The notes: generated by a model not told the origin, from the sequence alone. Shown: positions 11,516-26,000, counted from the first letter of the stretch. The stretch is 64,000 nucleotides of DNA from Squalus acanthias (GCA_030390025.1 CM059425.1:170316001-170380000), one strand, 5' to 3'. Made by a program: numbers and translations.

Positions 11516-12402
11516 AAAATTAACAATATCTCAAAAGTAGGCTTCCTAACTGCTGCCTTGGCAATTGGAGTAATGGGAGCTTTGAGCTCCTGCTTCTCCA
11601 GGCCCCATAAGGAAAGTAAAAAAAAAATTCAAACTTGCCTTTTTGGGTCTCTTCCAGCCCTGATCCACTTCCACGCTGGGTTGGGATGGTGGGAAACTCA
11701 CTGCCGCTTTCCTGCTCAGACCGCCCAGTAAAAGTTGCTGTCCAGTCTCAATGACCTCATCGGGCCCAACATGCATCTGTACAAAAGGACTCGGCTGGCT
11801 TAGGGCATGTGTCCGTGCCACCTGCTCAAGTGAGCATTCGAAAATGGCAGCAGATCAGGTCCCGGCAGCTCTAGAGTCCTGGATAAGAATCCTGGATGAT
11901 TTTAAATGCCCACCCGTCCGGTTTCCAGCACACTGTCCAAATATGGAGCTATCAAATTATGTATCTCTTTAATGTTCTTCCTTCCCAATCTAAGCCTTCA
12001 CATGCTCCTTAGATGAACCAGGATGACTCATCCTTGGCCTATAATACTTCATTGTAACAGCAACAGGTGTACATGGAGACCCAATAGTAAACATTCCATG
12101 GCTCTCCATGGAGAGAGTAATAAATAATTAATATGAATACATCTCCTACCAGGTAAAAGTTACCGTATTCATTTACTCAAATAATATACAGATGTGTGGA
12201 TATTTTGTCCTGAATATGCTCCCCATAGGCTTTCTTTCTCCTGTTAAGTACCTTTCTCTGAGAAAAGGTCTACCTGTCTATCTTTTTCAGGTAACCCAGC
12301 AGCAACAGAAAACAAATCCAGCAATCGTGAGTGTTTATTTTTAAATACTGAGGTAATAAATATATAGTTGCATCTTTCGGACAACCTGCCCAAAAAGAGA
12401 TC

Positions 12403-12680
12403 TTCAGAAATTGAAGTATTTTCACTCTGAATGTGCAGGTGGTCTGTGATGTCAAGTGTAAAATTATTAATGCGGTTGCCAAGTTCTTAGGATCCTCACA
12501 TGAATTATGCACCCTGGCAAACTCAGCACTGGCACAAGCTGTTAATGCACACAGGATCTCCAGGTGTTGGTAAGTTATATCCATATTTATTTTGTGGGTG
12601 ACGATGGTTGCTATGAGACTATTATGTTTCCTGTTTTCTTAAAGCGGACATTGGGCATGCCTTGACCTTGGCTGATGAGT
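12403..12680 (+). pseudogene. Ancient degenerate Harbinger transposase relic
   Basis: FRN*SIFTLNVQVVCDVKCKIINAVAKFLGSSHELCTL matches the [15 protein letters not shown]...AKxPGSxHD core; after a GT-AG segment (12570-12644) comes DIGHAL..PWLM, matching GDxGYPL.PWLM. Confidence 0.7.
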
Positions 12681-13605
12681 ATAACGATGTGCATAGTCCT
12701 GCTCAATTACTGATCAAAGAAACTACTGACATTAATAACATCTGTTTGAGAGTGGCCAGTTGGTGCCGCCTCATTAGTGTCCTAATGCACTGCACCGCAG
12801 AGTGGTAGGAGGTGGGTCTACATCTGCAGGCTGTGAATTCCTTATTCTAGTTGGGCTGTCAGGTATCTCTGATTGAAGGCAGTGTGCATCAGAGAGGTAA
12901 AAAAAATCAAGAAGGTTGAATAAACCCAGATAGATTTTACACACCTTCTTAGTGACTTCAAGAGCAGCATAGGCACAGGTCAAAGTACAGATCAGCTCCT
13001 TGGCAAGCTGAAAATCAAATTCCAAGAACATCAGCATATTTATCCTGCTCTCTGTAATCTGTCATTACTCCATTGCCTCCTTATTTATTGCTTCCAAATT
13101 GTTTTGGAATGATGTAACTCTTCTTTGAGTCACCGATGGTTGTTTATCTATATCATAACTGTGTTTTATTACTTTTAAGAATTCATTCATTTTGATACAA
13201 TTCAGTGATAATGTTCAGTGAGTTAAAAGTTAACAAGTTCAATAAAATAGTAACTAAATAAATGCTCCATTCAGCACTGTACTTAATATCTTTGTGTAAA
13301 TGGCATGGCAGACATGTGTAACAATTGTAAATCATGCCACCTATTCAACTCTGATTATTAAGATTATATTGGATGTTAACATTGATGCATAGTGACGAAA
13401 ACATTGTCATTCCAATCATGAGCTTTCATTTGTGGAATTTTGTGAGAGTATTTTATCTTTGTTTGAATTTGCTTCCATTTCTAGCTTCTTTCACTTTATT
13501 GAGTGCTGTAGGGGTGGGAAAGATAGGACCATTAACTATGCCACATTCGCATGAGTTTCATGTGAGCCTCATCATTTTAATAGAGGGCTGTCATTACTGC
13601 TGTGA

Positions 13606-13785
13606 CAACGACAACAACAACTTGTATTTATACAGCGCCTTTTCGTAGTAAAATGTCCCAAGGCACTTCACAGGACTGTTATAAGACAACAAACAAAAAC
13701 TGACACCGAGCCACATAAGAAGAAATCAGGGCAAATGACCAAAAGCTTAGTCAAAGAGGTAGGTTTTAAGGAGCATCTTAAAGCG
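13606..13785 (-). mobile_element. L2-type LINE 3' tail
   Basis: (CAA)n start followed by the reverse complement of the L2 tail. Confidence 0.8.
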
Positions 13786-14940
13786 TCTGTGACTGATGGG
13801 ATAGCCTCAAATCCAATGCTGCCTTCTCTTGTGAGAAAAAGCAAGTGAAAACACTTGCATATACCACTGTCTGGAGTGTTGTGAAGAGAGAAAGAGAGGA
13901 AAAAAGAGAGAGATTTTAAAAAAACTATGAAAAAGGAAAAGGAAATTAGAATGAGAAAAAGAGAATGAGAGAGATGTTGTTTTGCTGTTGATGTCCCCAG
14001 TGGCGCACATGACAGATGCAGCTTGGTAAGCTCATGTAGTGAGTCAATACCCCAGGTATACAGCTTGTGGTTGAAAATCTTACATTTTTCATTTTTCCAA
14101 TGTTGAGTACTCTGGAGAAAATGGCAGTCACTTTTCTGAATGGAGAAGTGTGACAAGTGACTGCATAGTGATTATGCAAGTGAGGGACTATGTATGTGAC
14201 CATATTAAAGATTATAAAGAAACTATACAGACAAATAATAAATTCTGTGATGAGGAAAGAATAACTGTAATATAGACAATTACACTCGGAGGCTCCCTCC
14301 TATTGGAATTGTATTCTTTAACTCCCACTCACTTCTGGCTTTCTGTGGAGATGACATTGATTAGACTATATTGCAACTTTAGCATGAAAGGCCACATTTA
14401 TTACATTCAGTATCAAATCCATCGTCTGTTGAATTCTATTTTTTCCCCATCCTCCTTGTTGATGTTTTCATTCTCCATCCCAATAAAGTACACTGCTGCC
14501 TCACCTTTCTCTGGTTCTGACTTTGCTCTTTCAGGTTAATATTGCTCAATTTGATGCCTCATGATTTCATTGGTTGAAAACCTGGACTGTGTACTGCACT
14601 GCTACTGCTATCAGCAGACTCACACGCCATGCTTTGAAGGTACTGTATATGATAACACCCTTTCAACACTCAAAGCTGCAGTGTTTATGTTTCCTGTCAT
14701 CTATTTTCATTAGATACAGCGGTACAAATTTTAAATCAAATTCATATATTCAGAATCAGCCAACCACATGCCCGCTTTGAGTTGATTTAGTAATTGAACT
14801 GTTGGTAAAATGAGAGCAATAAAATTTCAAACTGTATCACTAGATAGATTCAAGAAATTAGCCTTAACAGATATTAAAAAAATCAGTTTAATCTCAGAGG
14901 AAGAGAGATCTGAATTCCCAGTGTAAAGGCAGGATGCAAT

Positions 14941-17900
14941 GGCTGCGATATTGGGCTCCGTAGCACCAGTTGTTTCAGCGCTACGAGTGCCAAATTGCCT
15001 CCGAAATGGCATCCACAGCACGTGTGCACACATCTGGTGTGAGTCATGCTGGACGCCATCTTGGTGAGGGCGTTAGTGTGGGCGCAGTGAGCGCGTGCCG
15101 GAAGTATGCAGAGTAGGCAGATCATGACGTCAATCAGCGTGTAATGCTAATTTGAAGCCAGCGCTGCCATTTTGGAGCTCAATGCTGGAGCTAACGCCCT
15201 CTCCTAAGCTCACACAGCTGAACATGTGTTCAGCAGCAGGAAGGATCCCTCACCAGCACCATTTAAAGGGATCATCAACTACTTGCAGGTTAGTTGCTGA
15301 TTGACTTCTACTGACTGTTGCTGAGTTTGTAGAAGTGTTTGCTGGTTTGTAGCATTATTTAAAGTTGCTAAAGCCTACAGGGAGTGGTGTGGCAGGTGCT
15401 GAAGGACTTTGCCCTGACTTCAAGGATTCTGCACGAAACACTTGCTCCACGACATGGGCGTAGCTGTAGGCATTCCATTTGGCCTACAGCAATACAGGGA
15501 GAATGAGCAGAGGCGTCACAGAGCAGGACAAGCTGCTGGAAGAGGGAGGAAGAGTAGGGGGAAAAGGGCTCTCAGCTGGAGGTCATATCCACCCAGGGTG
15601 TTCAGGGAGCAATACTCATACCTGAACCCCAGCGAGGAACAGTGTGTGAGATGTCTGCGCTTCACCAAGGACGTCTTCACTGAAATCTGCCACCTGCTGC
15701 AGCCACAACTGCTACCTCAGAGCAGGGTGAGAACCGCATTGCCAGTGGCTGTGAATGTCACGGTGGTCATGAACTGTTATGCATCAGGCTCCCTCCAGGT
15801 TGGAGCAAGCGATATTTGTATCATCTCCCAGTTTTCCATGCACTGTTGCATAAGGGAGGTTACTGAGGCTCTGTATTCCAAGAGAGCTGAATACATTTAC
15901 TTCTCTCTGGCCAGAGAGCAGCAGGCAGAGCGAGCACGTGGCTTTGCGAGAATTGCAGGCTTCTCCATGGTGCAGGGTGCCATTGACTGCACGCACCTCG
16001 CTTTGCGGGTGCCGCATGTGAACTCTGAGATGTACCACAACCAAAAGCGTTTCCACTCCCTCAATGGTCAGCTGGTGTGGTGGAAGGCTGCTAAATTTCA
16101 GTGGGGAAGTCTGCAAATGGCTTTGGAGGATGACCTTGAGCAGCTCTGGTCCTAGAAGGCCCGGCTGCGACTGCACCATCTCAGAATGGGCGGCAGCAGT
16201 CTGGGCTGGCTGGCTGACAGGCAACACCAAGGGCACTGGCGGAGTGGCAGTGGTGGGAGGATGAATGCTGTCATCCTGAGAGAGGACAGCAGGATTTACC
16301 TCCACGGAGCCACAGCCACTCCCCCGGGGCGGCACCGCAGCATTCCTAGTAATCTGTTGAAGGACAGATTTCTGCAGTGCTGTGACACCCTGCAAGTCCC
16401 TTTGAACACTGGTAAACACAGCCATCATGGCAGCAGTCTGAGCTTGCATGGCAGAATTTGAGCTTCCACTGCAACACCCAGATGTTGGGTGGTTTCTGCT
16501 TGTGCTGCAATGGAAGCTGAGACATCGGCCATCAGACGCTGCATCATGATTGGTCCACATGTGTGATGATGGAGTTGGCCATCACTTCCATGCTGGAAAG
16601 GATGGGCTCCAAGCTCTGCGCAAAGCCCAAAGTTGGTGCCGGACTCCTCCATGCTCCTTGACGTTGCACCAAGGCTTTCTGGCAGCCCTGCAAATGCGCC
16701 AAGCATTTCATTGTACATACCAATTAGCGCTCTCCTGCCCCATCGAACTGCTCATCTGAGTTCTCTGCAGCAGAACTTGTGTGCGACCTTGCCCTCCGGG
16801 GAGCTGGCACCTGCGCTACCCTTGCCCCCTGCTCTGGCTGCAGGCCACTCGTGCCTGATGTCTCAGCATGTGCAGACCTCGCCTCTATGCTATCCTATAA
16901 ATTACGCAAAGTGTTAGTATCTGTGCTGGTGGCTGCGAGTGTCACATCGAGTGATGATGCTGTGTCTTCAGCATCACAGTTCTCCTGCTCTTCCATGTGT
17001 TGCTCTTCCACCCCTGCCTGGCCGGTTGTAGTTCTTGTGCATCTGAAAGGAGAAAGGCATAAGGGTAGGGTTGTGGTGAGGGAAGGGGGGGTGGAAAAGC
17101 AAGAGGTGCATGTTTACACCACCTGTAGCTTTTAAATCAGAATAGAATGTGGGATGAGGAGGAAGTAGATGTGAGAAGGAGGATAAGGTATGTGGATACC
17201 GTTATCTTCATTGGTTTTAGCCCCGCCACTGACCATGGCCTTAGCAATGGCCATTCCAATAATGGCCATCACCATCTCCTCCATGGGGGTTAGGATATAC
17301 AGCCGTGCCTGTCCCCCACCAGTTAGCTCCTGCTGCCTTCGGTTATGCGCCAAATTGTCCTGCAAGAGAGAGGGAAGCGTGTCAGTGAGGTTTTTTTTAT
17401 TCATTTATGGGATGTGGGCGTCGCTGACAAGGCCAGCATTTATTGCCCATCCCTAATTGCCCTTGAGAAGGTGGTGGTGAGCCGCCTTCTTGAACCGCTG
17501 CAGTCAGTGCGGTGAAGGTACTCCCACAGTGCTGTTAGGGAGGGAGTCCCAGGACTTTGACCCAGCGACGATGAAGGATCGGCGATATACTTCTAAGTCA
17601 GGATGGTGTGTGACTTGGAGGGGAACTTGGAGGCGGTGGTGTTCCCATGCACCTGCTGCCCTTATCCTTCTAGGTGGAAGAGGTCGCAGGTTTGGGAGGT
17701 GCTGCCGAAGAAGCCTTGGCGAGTTGCTGCAGTGCAACTTGTAGATGGTACACACTGCAGCCACGGTACACCGGTGGTGGAGGGAGTGAATGTTTAAGGT
17801 GGTGGATGGGGTGCCAATCAAGTGGGCTGCTTTGTCCTGGATGGTGTCGAGCTTCTTGAGTGTTGTTGGAGCTGCACTTATCCAGGCAAGTGGAGAGTAT

Positions 17901-18693
17901 TCCATCACACTCCTTACTTCTGACCTTATGTTGGAGGGAAGGTCATTGATGAAGCAGCTGAAGATGGTGGTGCAGTGTGGTGCAATGTGTTTGGGTGATG
18001 TGCCTGTCATGGTTGAATAGTTGGTAGTGTGTGCAAGCTGTGAGATGTGAGTATGAGGCTTGCAGCAGTGGTAAGTGTGTGACAGTGAGGTTAAGCTATG
18101 AATGTGAAGTATGAGTCATGATTGATAGAGATTTTTGGTAGGTGAGTGATGGGGGTGTGGAGCATTGAGCAGTGTGTGAGGTTAGTGGTGTAGTTGGTGG
18201 GATATGGCATTTGAAGATGAATTCACTGACCTTGACCACTTGTGTGAGGTCATTGAACTTCTTGCGGCAGTACATCCAGATCCTTGGGGCTTGACTCCTG
18301 ACATCGACTGCCACAGCTATAGGCTCCCAATGCCTTTGCAGAGTTTGTCTGGAGGGCCTCCTGGCCCCCTGTGGATACAGGACCTCTCTCCTCCTGTCCA
18401 CCTCCTCCACCAAGGCCTCCAGTGCAGCAGAGAGAACCTTGGAGCTTGCTCTCTCCCATGTTGTGTCTTCTTCCAGGTTAGAATGTCTTCCACAACCGCT
18501 TCCAGCACCTGTTCCAGCCAGAATGCACCTCCCCTTTAAGAGGTGCAGGCTGACTTTAAGTAGTGCAGGCTAGCTATAAGTGGTGCTAGCCACACACAAA
18601 CTTGGGCCCCCTGTTGAGGTGTGCAGTGCGAAAGCAACGGGCGTGGGTTAATCGCGTATCGCCTGTATTTGAGAGCTATCCAATTTAGCCCCC
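14941..18693 (+). mobile_element. Internally deleted PIF/Harbinger transposon
   Basis: Imperfect TIRs ggctgcgatattgg / ccaatttagccccc, TSD AAT both sides; truncated transposase (15454-16080, GAIDCTH) fused to a convergent decayed Myb-like gene (exon 1 near 18459-18230, APRFS...CRKKFNDL). Confidence 0.85.
17392..17970 (-). mobile_element. LINE 3' end inserted in an intron of the Harbinger Myb-like gene
   Basis: MEYSPLAW...IQDKAAHLIG...HRCTVAAVCTIYKLHC; same family as 61845-62295. Confidence 0.8.
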
Positions 18694-19741
18694 AATATCT
18701 TTTAGAATTTTTAATAAACTTTACATACTAGTAACACTATCAAGACAATTTTAGCAGCACTACATAATAGAAACAGGAAAAGTATAACATTTCATAATAG
18801 TTTGTAAAACGTGATGCACAGGACCAAAGAGGTAAATGGGTAGAATTTCTGCCAAGTCTGCTTTTAAACACACTGGTTAACATGCTCAAGCAAAACTCCC
18901 CTGCGCGCTATATTAACAAAATTATTATTAAACAGGCCCATAACTGTGTCAAAATAGCATAGGTAGGAATGTTCCACCAGTGTGTTAGCCAATTGGCTAA
19001 AAGTAAGGATAAGTAAATTTAAAACCTGAAATTGTTTTTACAATAAGCACAGGCAAACTTGGAATGCACTTCTTTATTCTTACACTGATGGCAATCGGAT
19101 AACTTTTGAATGCGCTGTTTATTTTATTCTACAAAATATTTCAGAATCTGCTTTTTTATATGCTCACTGCCAAGCTGATAAGACTTAATCTGGATGTAGA
19201 CTTTACTGTTTAACAGTGTCTGAACGTCAATATAGTTTGATGTGACAGTCTGGCCTTATTTGTAACAGCTGATCAATTTGCTTGACAAACTGTTTACTGT
19301 ATTCAATTTAATCATAGAACAAGCATAATTTAATATAGAATTGGTCTGAGGCATTGATTTTTGCCAAATGCTTTCTCAAATTAGTGTCACTAAAGAAAGC
19401 AGTGGAGCTGAACTAACAATATTAGACATTTCTGCAATTTATCTTAACATAATGAACAGTAAATGGTGTAATAAACAACAAGATTAATAAGATATATAAT
19501 GCCACTATTTTAGCTCAGCTCTACTGATTTCCTTTGTCTTATTCTAGATACTTACTGGCACATAGGTACTTACAAAATAAAATAATTGTGTTTGATGCAT
19601 TCAGTGATTCTTCACCTTATCTATTGATCACAGTTGACTTGATAATTTGTTTTGTGTCTTCCCAGGGTTTGGAGGCACAGTCAGTAACTATACCATAATA
19701 CAGGCTAAAATGACATTGAATCCAGATATGGTAGAGACAAA

Positions 19742-20321
19742 GGGGAGGAATTGTGACTCAGTGTAAAAAGAACGGCAGGGCAGTTAAAATGGAACGGCGA
19801 CTTACCCACCGCCTGGCACCAGGAACACCCGCCCAAAGCCGGTGAGGTACTTCTTTAAATATGCAGATCAGAATCCAATGATGTCATCGGGACGTGACTG
19901 CCATTTTAACCTTGGCCTGAGTGTGGAAGTGGCGGTAGCATTTCTGTCAGGCTGAAGCAGGCTGATCACCAGGAGAAGAGGCGCCTCAAGGTAAGTGTAT
20001 TTCTTTAATTTGGGGCCCGTAGGAGCAGGTATAATCCTCTGGACCCCACAAGAAAAGTGTAGGAAACTCCCACCTTCTGAAACTGTTGAATCAGAGCCAC
20101 TGTTTCCCCCCCATCCCCACCCCATCCCCGCACACATCTTGGGCCCAGCCAACGGCCTCCAATCACCTGGTTGTAATGGCTGAGTCACCGCTTCCTGCCA
20201 GCTTCCCGGCCGTTTTAGTCGAGAGGTTGGCCAGCTGAACGATAATGAAGCCAGGCTAATAAAATTGTCTGGGCCTCCCGTTCGCTAGGCCACTTTTCCA
20301 CCCATGAGTTAAAATTCCTCC
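19742..20321. mobile_element. Non-autonomous Harbinger-like MITE
   Basis: Ends ggggaggaattgtgactc / gagttaaaattcctcc; GC-rich interior with motifs shared by other Harbinger ends. Confidence 0.5.
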
Positions 20322-20875
20322 ACTGCAGCTAACAATGTATGGTTATCCACAGACGCAGAGCTACAATTTAAATGTTCATACAGTTGGACAGCAGCATCTC
20401 AATTCTTTAAACATTTATATTAATTGCAGGAAAATTTTAAAGGTGTCCAGGAGGGCCGTGGGAGCTTCTTTGCATGTGGTTTCACACTAAAACGGTGTGA
20501 GACACTAAGAACATAAGAAATAGGAGCAGGAGTAGGCCATTCAGCCCTTAGAGCCTGCTCCGCCATTCAATAAGATCATGGCTGATCTTTGACCTCAACT
20601 CCACTTTCCCACCCGATCCCCAGATAGCTTGAGTCCCTTAGTATCCAAAAATCTAACAATCTCTGTCTTGAATATACTCAATGACTGAGTATCTGCAGCA
20701 CTTTGGGGTAGAGAATTCCAAAGACTCAAAACCCTTCGAGTGAAGAAATTTCTCCTCATCTCAGTCCTAAATGGCCGACCCCTTATTACGAGACTGTGAC
20801 CCCTGGTTCTAGACTCACTAGCCAGGGGAAATATCCTCCCATCATCTACCCTGTTAAGGCCATTGAGTATTTTAT

Positions 20876-22908
20876 GGCCTAGAAATTGGATTAGGCCTGA
20901 AAACAGGTGGTGTCAAGAGACTGCGCTATTTGCCTGTGCCCATTGAAAGTGGTCATAGAACTCTTACAGCTCCTGCAACCAAACCTGCAGCTTCAGAAGA
21001 CGGTGACCACTGCTCTCGCAGTGGCCCTCAAGGTTACCGTGCCCCTCAATTTCTTCGCAAGTGGATCCTTTCAGCCTGCATCAGGAGACATAGCTAACAT
21101 TTCCTAGTTCGCCGTCCATCGCTGCATCCGGGAGGTCACTCCAGGAGAAGGGACTTCACTGTCTTCTCTCTGAACAGAGAGAAGCAGGAGAAATGCGTAT
21201 GTGGCTTTGGCAGGATAGCGGGATTCCCCATGGTGCAGGGCACCATCAACTGCACACACATGGCTTTGCGGGCACCGCATAGCAATCCTGAGATGTTCCA
21301 TAACGGCAAAGGCTACCATTCACTTAATGTGCAGTTGGTGTGCGACCACGCCCAGGGCAGCATGATGGTGAAGGCCCAGTATCCTGGCAGCAGTCATGAT
21401 GCCTTCATCCTGCACCAGTCCGGTGTGTCAGCAATCTTCTAGCCACCACGTTGAAACCGAGGGTGGGTGCTCGGAGACAAGGGCTATCTACTCTGCATCT
21501 GGCTCATGACTCCCCTCCACAACCCCACCACTCATGGTCAGCACTCATACAATGAGAGCCATGCTGCCACCAAGAACATCATCGAGCAGACCATCGGGGT
21601 GCTCAAGCAACGGTTCCGCTGCCTTGACCGCTCAGGAGGAGCCCTCCAGTACTCGTCGGAGTGGGTGTCCCATTTCGTGATGGTCTGTTGCATGCTTAAC
21701 AACTTGGCCATCATGAGGGCCCAGCTCTTGTCACCAGGGATTGCGGGATCACCTCAGGAGGAGGAGGAGGAAGAGGAAGTGGAAGAGGAGGAGGACGAGG
21801 ACAAGGACGAGGAGGGAGAGAGGAGACAGGCTGCAAAACTCTGTTCCAGACGGGCTGTCCGTGAACACTTCATCAGACTCCAGATTCCCGTGAATGAAAC
21901 CCCAGATCCCTGTTGCTTACCATTTCCCCATCATACCATCCCTCCATCATGGAATATCACAGCGTCCTCCCGGGCACAAAGCTGAAATGAGAGCCACCAC
22001 AAAACAAACATTCCAAACAAAAATCATAAATTTAGCAGAAGCCAATCAACATGACAATATCAACTAATCACCCTTGTGCATTCCCGTAGTGCCTGTCGAT
22101 CATGTGCCTTTTCCTGCTCTAGCGCTCCTACGCAGTACTCCCCCAGTCCTCTGAAGCTGCAGGTTTGGTTGCAGGAGCTGTAAGAGTTCTATGACCACTT
22201 CCTTGATGAAACGGAGCCTCCTAATACACTGCTCCTGTCTTAAGTAGAGGTAGGAGAAGTGCTCTCAGAAGACCCTAGGTGGGTAAGGCCTCCTATTGAG
22301 AGCTCTCCTCCTCTTCCCTCTGTGAGCATCTTTTCCTCCTCTTCGTTGCCACTCCCTCTCCCGAAGATACTCGAGCTCAAGGGGGACTGCAAATATAGTC
22401 CCCATGACTGTGAGCACGTGTTGTGAGCAGAAGCCTTTAATTAAGAATGAAGATTTTCTCCACTTGCACCAACACTCCCTGTCACCTCAGGAACTTAAAA
22501 CAAGTTTAGAAAGCTGCAAGAGTCGCAGAAAGTTACACAGAGACTGTCAATTTAAGAAACCATGTCAGCTGCAAGCTGTTGATGATGGACCCTTTAAATA
22601 TCGCTGCTGGGGGCTCCGTCCTGCTGCTGAACACTTGGTCAGCTGGTCGTGATTAAGAGAGGGCGGATAGTGGAGCGGTGACGGTGGAAATGGCAGATTG
22701 TGCATCAAGTGAGCGTTGCACACTCATTGACGTCAAGATCTGCCTCATTTCCATTTCTGCAGTGAGTGCAGGCAATGACAGCACTGTTGACCTGTCCAAC
22801 ATGGCAGCCACGGCGGGACCAACCAGAAGCGTGTGGAAGCGAGGTGGCTGCCATTTTTTCTTCAAAACTGGCCTTAACGGCCAGTTCTAAACATCTGAAT
22901 TTCTGGGC
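20876..22908. mobile_element. Rearranged Harbinger transposon (transposase pseudogene with internal inversion)
   Basis: TIRs ggcctagaaatt / aatttctgggc, TSD TAT; transposase core on + (20947-21900: INCTH, SHDA, GDKGY, IIEQTIG, with stops) and its N-terminus on - (22405-22150). Confidence 0.85.
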
Positions 22909-23060
22909 TATATGTTTCAATAAGATCACCTCTTATTCTTCTAAACTCTAGGGAATATAGGCCTAGTTTACTCAATCCCCTCATTCCTGGAATCAGCAAA
23001 GTCTACCTTTGTTGCATTCCCACTAAGGCAAGTATATCTGTCCTCAGGAAAGGAGACCAA

Positions 23061-26000
23061 GGCTCAGAAATTCGTGGCCACCACAAAAGCTGCTGGTGCC
23101 ACCATGGCCGGGGGTTAATGGCCGCCGTACATGGTGGTGCCGGCAGGACCGAAAAATTGGCACTGGGGACTAATTATCATTAGCCCAACGTTTAACTGAC
23201 CCCGGAACACCATCCTGGTGGTGTTGGTCCCGGCAGGAGGCTCCAATGAGGCGTTGCTCCTGGAAGAGCCTTCTGAAAGCGAGGCTGTGATTTCACAAAG
23301 CATTGTTATTTTCTTAAAGATACAGCTCAACTGCATTCTGGGAAAAAAAATTAACATTAAAAGGAATTCCCAAATGGGAGTCTTCAGCTCTTAAAGCTGA
23401 ATTCCCTTCCGCACCTAAAAAATGGGTAAAGTGCTTCAACACTAACACAAATGGCTCAGCAAGCCAAGGAAGGGGCACCCAGGGTCTCGCACGCAGCACT
23501 CCAGCTTTGTGCAGGGGGTCAACACTGCAAGAGAGGTCCTCTACCCACAGGGGCCAGGAGTCCCTCCAGAAAGAATGATGTGGGACCAAATCACCGAGGC
23601 CGTCACTGCCAGCAGTGTCACCCCACCACCTGGCTCCAGTGCCCAAAGATGCTTCATGACCTCAGACCACTGGTCAAGGTCAGTGAATGCATCTTCAAAA
23701 GCTGTCTCTGCCCAACTGTATCACTAGTCTCATACACTGCTCAATGCATGACCTCCCCCCCAATCATTCACCTACCAACAATCTGTACCAAACACGAGGC
23801 ACACCTCCCATTCCTAGCTTCACCTCACCCCCTTGGCAGGGGCATGGCTGAGCCCTTGGTCAGCGGCAGGGCTGAAAGGATACAAGATGTTGGTATCCTC
23901 ATATGTTATCCTCCTTCTCGCATGCACCTCTTGCTTTCCCAGCCTCCCCTCACCACAACTCCACACTTCTGCCTTCCTCATTTCAGACACCCAAGAAATG
24001 CAGCCTGCCCAGCCAGTGGTTGACCAAGAAGAGGGAGAGGAGAGTGAAGAAGAAGAAGAAGAAGAAGAAGAAGAAGAAGAAGCAGAAACACCGTCAACGT
24101 TGATTGGGCTTGTTAAGCCCGCCCAGCGTGCTTGCTGGCAATTGAATGAAGCGGGTCTGATGACGTCATTTTATGATGCATCATCAGCCGGTTTCCTTAA
24201 AGGGACCATGCGCAAATTGATTTTGACAGTTGTGCTGTCAGTGTTCTACAGCATTGAGGTGCTGCAAACACTGACAAGCACTGCACAAAGGTGCACGGCT
24301 GAACCCAGGCTGTCCCATGACTCCCTCCATTGGCTTTTGGAGGGAGTTACAGCGTGCAGGAAGGTTCTCTTCCCTTCCAATGAGCGGAAGAGACCCCCCC
24401 AGGAGATCAACACAGCCTGATTGCACATTGCACAGGAGGACACAAGCAGGGATGTTGTCGGGAGGACCAGGCTGCAGTGGTGCAAACCTTTCAATGATCT
24501 CAGTAGGTCACAAAACGTTTTTGCAAAGCCACACTCAACCTCATCCTGCTGTGCCACTCATCACATCTCCATCACTCTGCCTTCCCTACCCTACTCCTGC
24601 ACATCCTTACTCACACCAACTTACCTTGCACCTCCACCCATCCCTCTCTATCTACATTATCACTTCCCCATCTCACTAGCCACCCCTCACACTCACCCTC
24701 ATCCTAGTCCAATCATACCAACTAACAACACACAAGGGTAGGCACTTGCATGTTTTAGCCAATGTTCATGTGAAGTTTCTGTTAATGTGCTGTCAAACAT
24801 TGAAACCTTTATTTTCAACACTTTGCGTTCTTGGACAGATTTGCGTGCACATTTGGAAGTGGCTTAGTGAGTTGCAGTGAATTGTGAGACATAACGGTAC
24901 CCCCTGCAATGGTGGTGAGTGTGAAAGGAATGGTTTAGGCATTGTAGGGATGCTTTACAGTGTTGGTGTGGGGTGGTGCCAACCTGGCACATCATATGGC
25001 AGCCAGGGTGTACAGCATCAAGTAAAGTAAATCTGGCCATGGTGAAGCCATCCCTGGCGTCCAGGGCAGCAATGTGGTCGAGTGCTGATGGCCTGTGTCA
25101 TGTGCAGCATCGGTTGATTGTGGAGAAGGTTGATGTTGTTGGTGTGTTGCTGGTGTGCCTGGTGCTGCTGGTGTTGGGGCTGATCGTGGTGGGATTCTGA
25201 GGTCCAAGATGAGATAGTTTCAAGGGCACTGATGCTGATGTAAAAGATGGCAGGTGAACTTGAGATGACAGAAGCGATCTGTCAATGGTGAGAGAGGTTG
25301 TTCCAATGAGGTGACACTGGATAGAAAGTTTGCTCCAAACACTTGCAACCTGCATGAAGCTCAGTCTTCCAAATGCAGTAAGCAACAGCTTCTGAGCTTG
25401 GAAAGTGAACAGCTGTGAGATGGGAGCTTTTATAGCACATTTGCAGCTGTCAAGTAATGAGATGATTCCATTGTCATACAACTTCCGACCTCCTTACCTG
25501 ATGTGATCCCCGAGCAGCGTGGACCCCATGGGTGACCTCATGAAATGGTAAGGTGAGCTCAAAATACTTCTTAATGGGCTGTTAACAAGGTCATAATGAC
25601 CTGAATTGCCTCCCCCGTTGCTGCGTGTCGGGTCTGTTCATCCCTGACAGACCCAACATCTTGGAAAGTTGCGTGGCGGCGGGTTGACAGCTTGGTTCCG
25701 ACCCGCTGTCAGAAAAAAAACATTTTCCCCCCGATCCGACATCAAACGCGCCCACTGACCCCCCAAAAAATTCCCCCCTTGAACTCTGTTTCTCTCTCCA
25801 CGGATGCTGCCTGACCTGCTGAGTATTTGCGGCGTTTTCTGTCTTCTCAGAGGCCTTCCTTTACCATCCAAGGCCTTGCAAGCATCCAGCAGCACTCCCT
25901 ACACTCCCTGCACACTTAAAAAACTTTTAACATGTATTGCACCAAGCCACTAATTAAATAAAAATTTTAAAAATCCAGTCCAGAAGCTTAAATGCAAACT

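Noticed and set aside
14410..14560. Possible minus-strand exon (PERAKSEPEKGEAAVYF or LKEQSQNQRK|GTGAGG)
   Set aside because: In-frame stops just upstream and no convincing acceptor.
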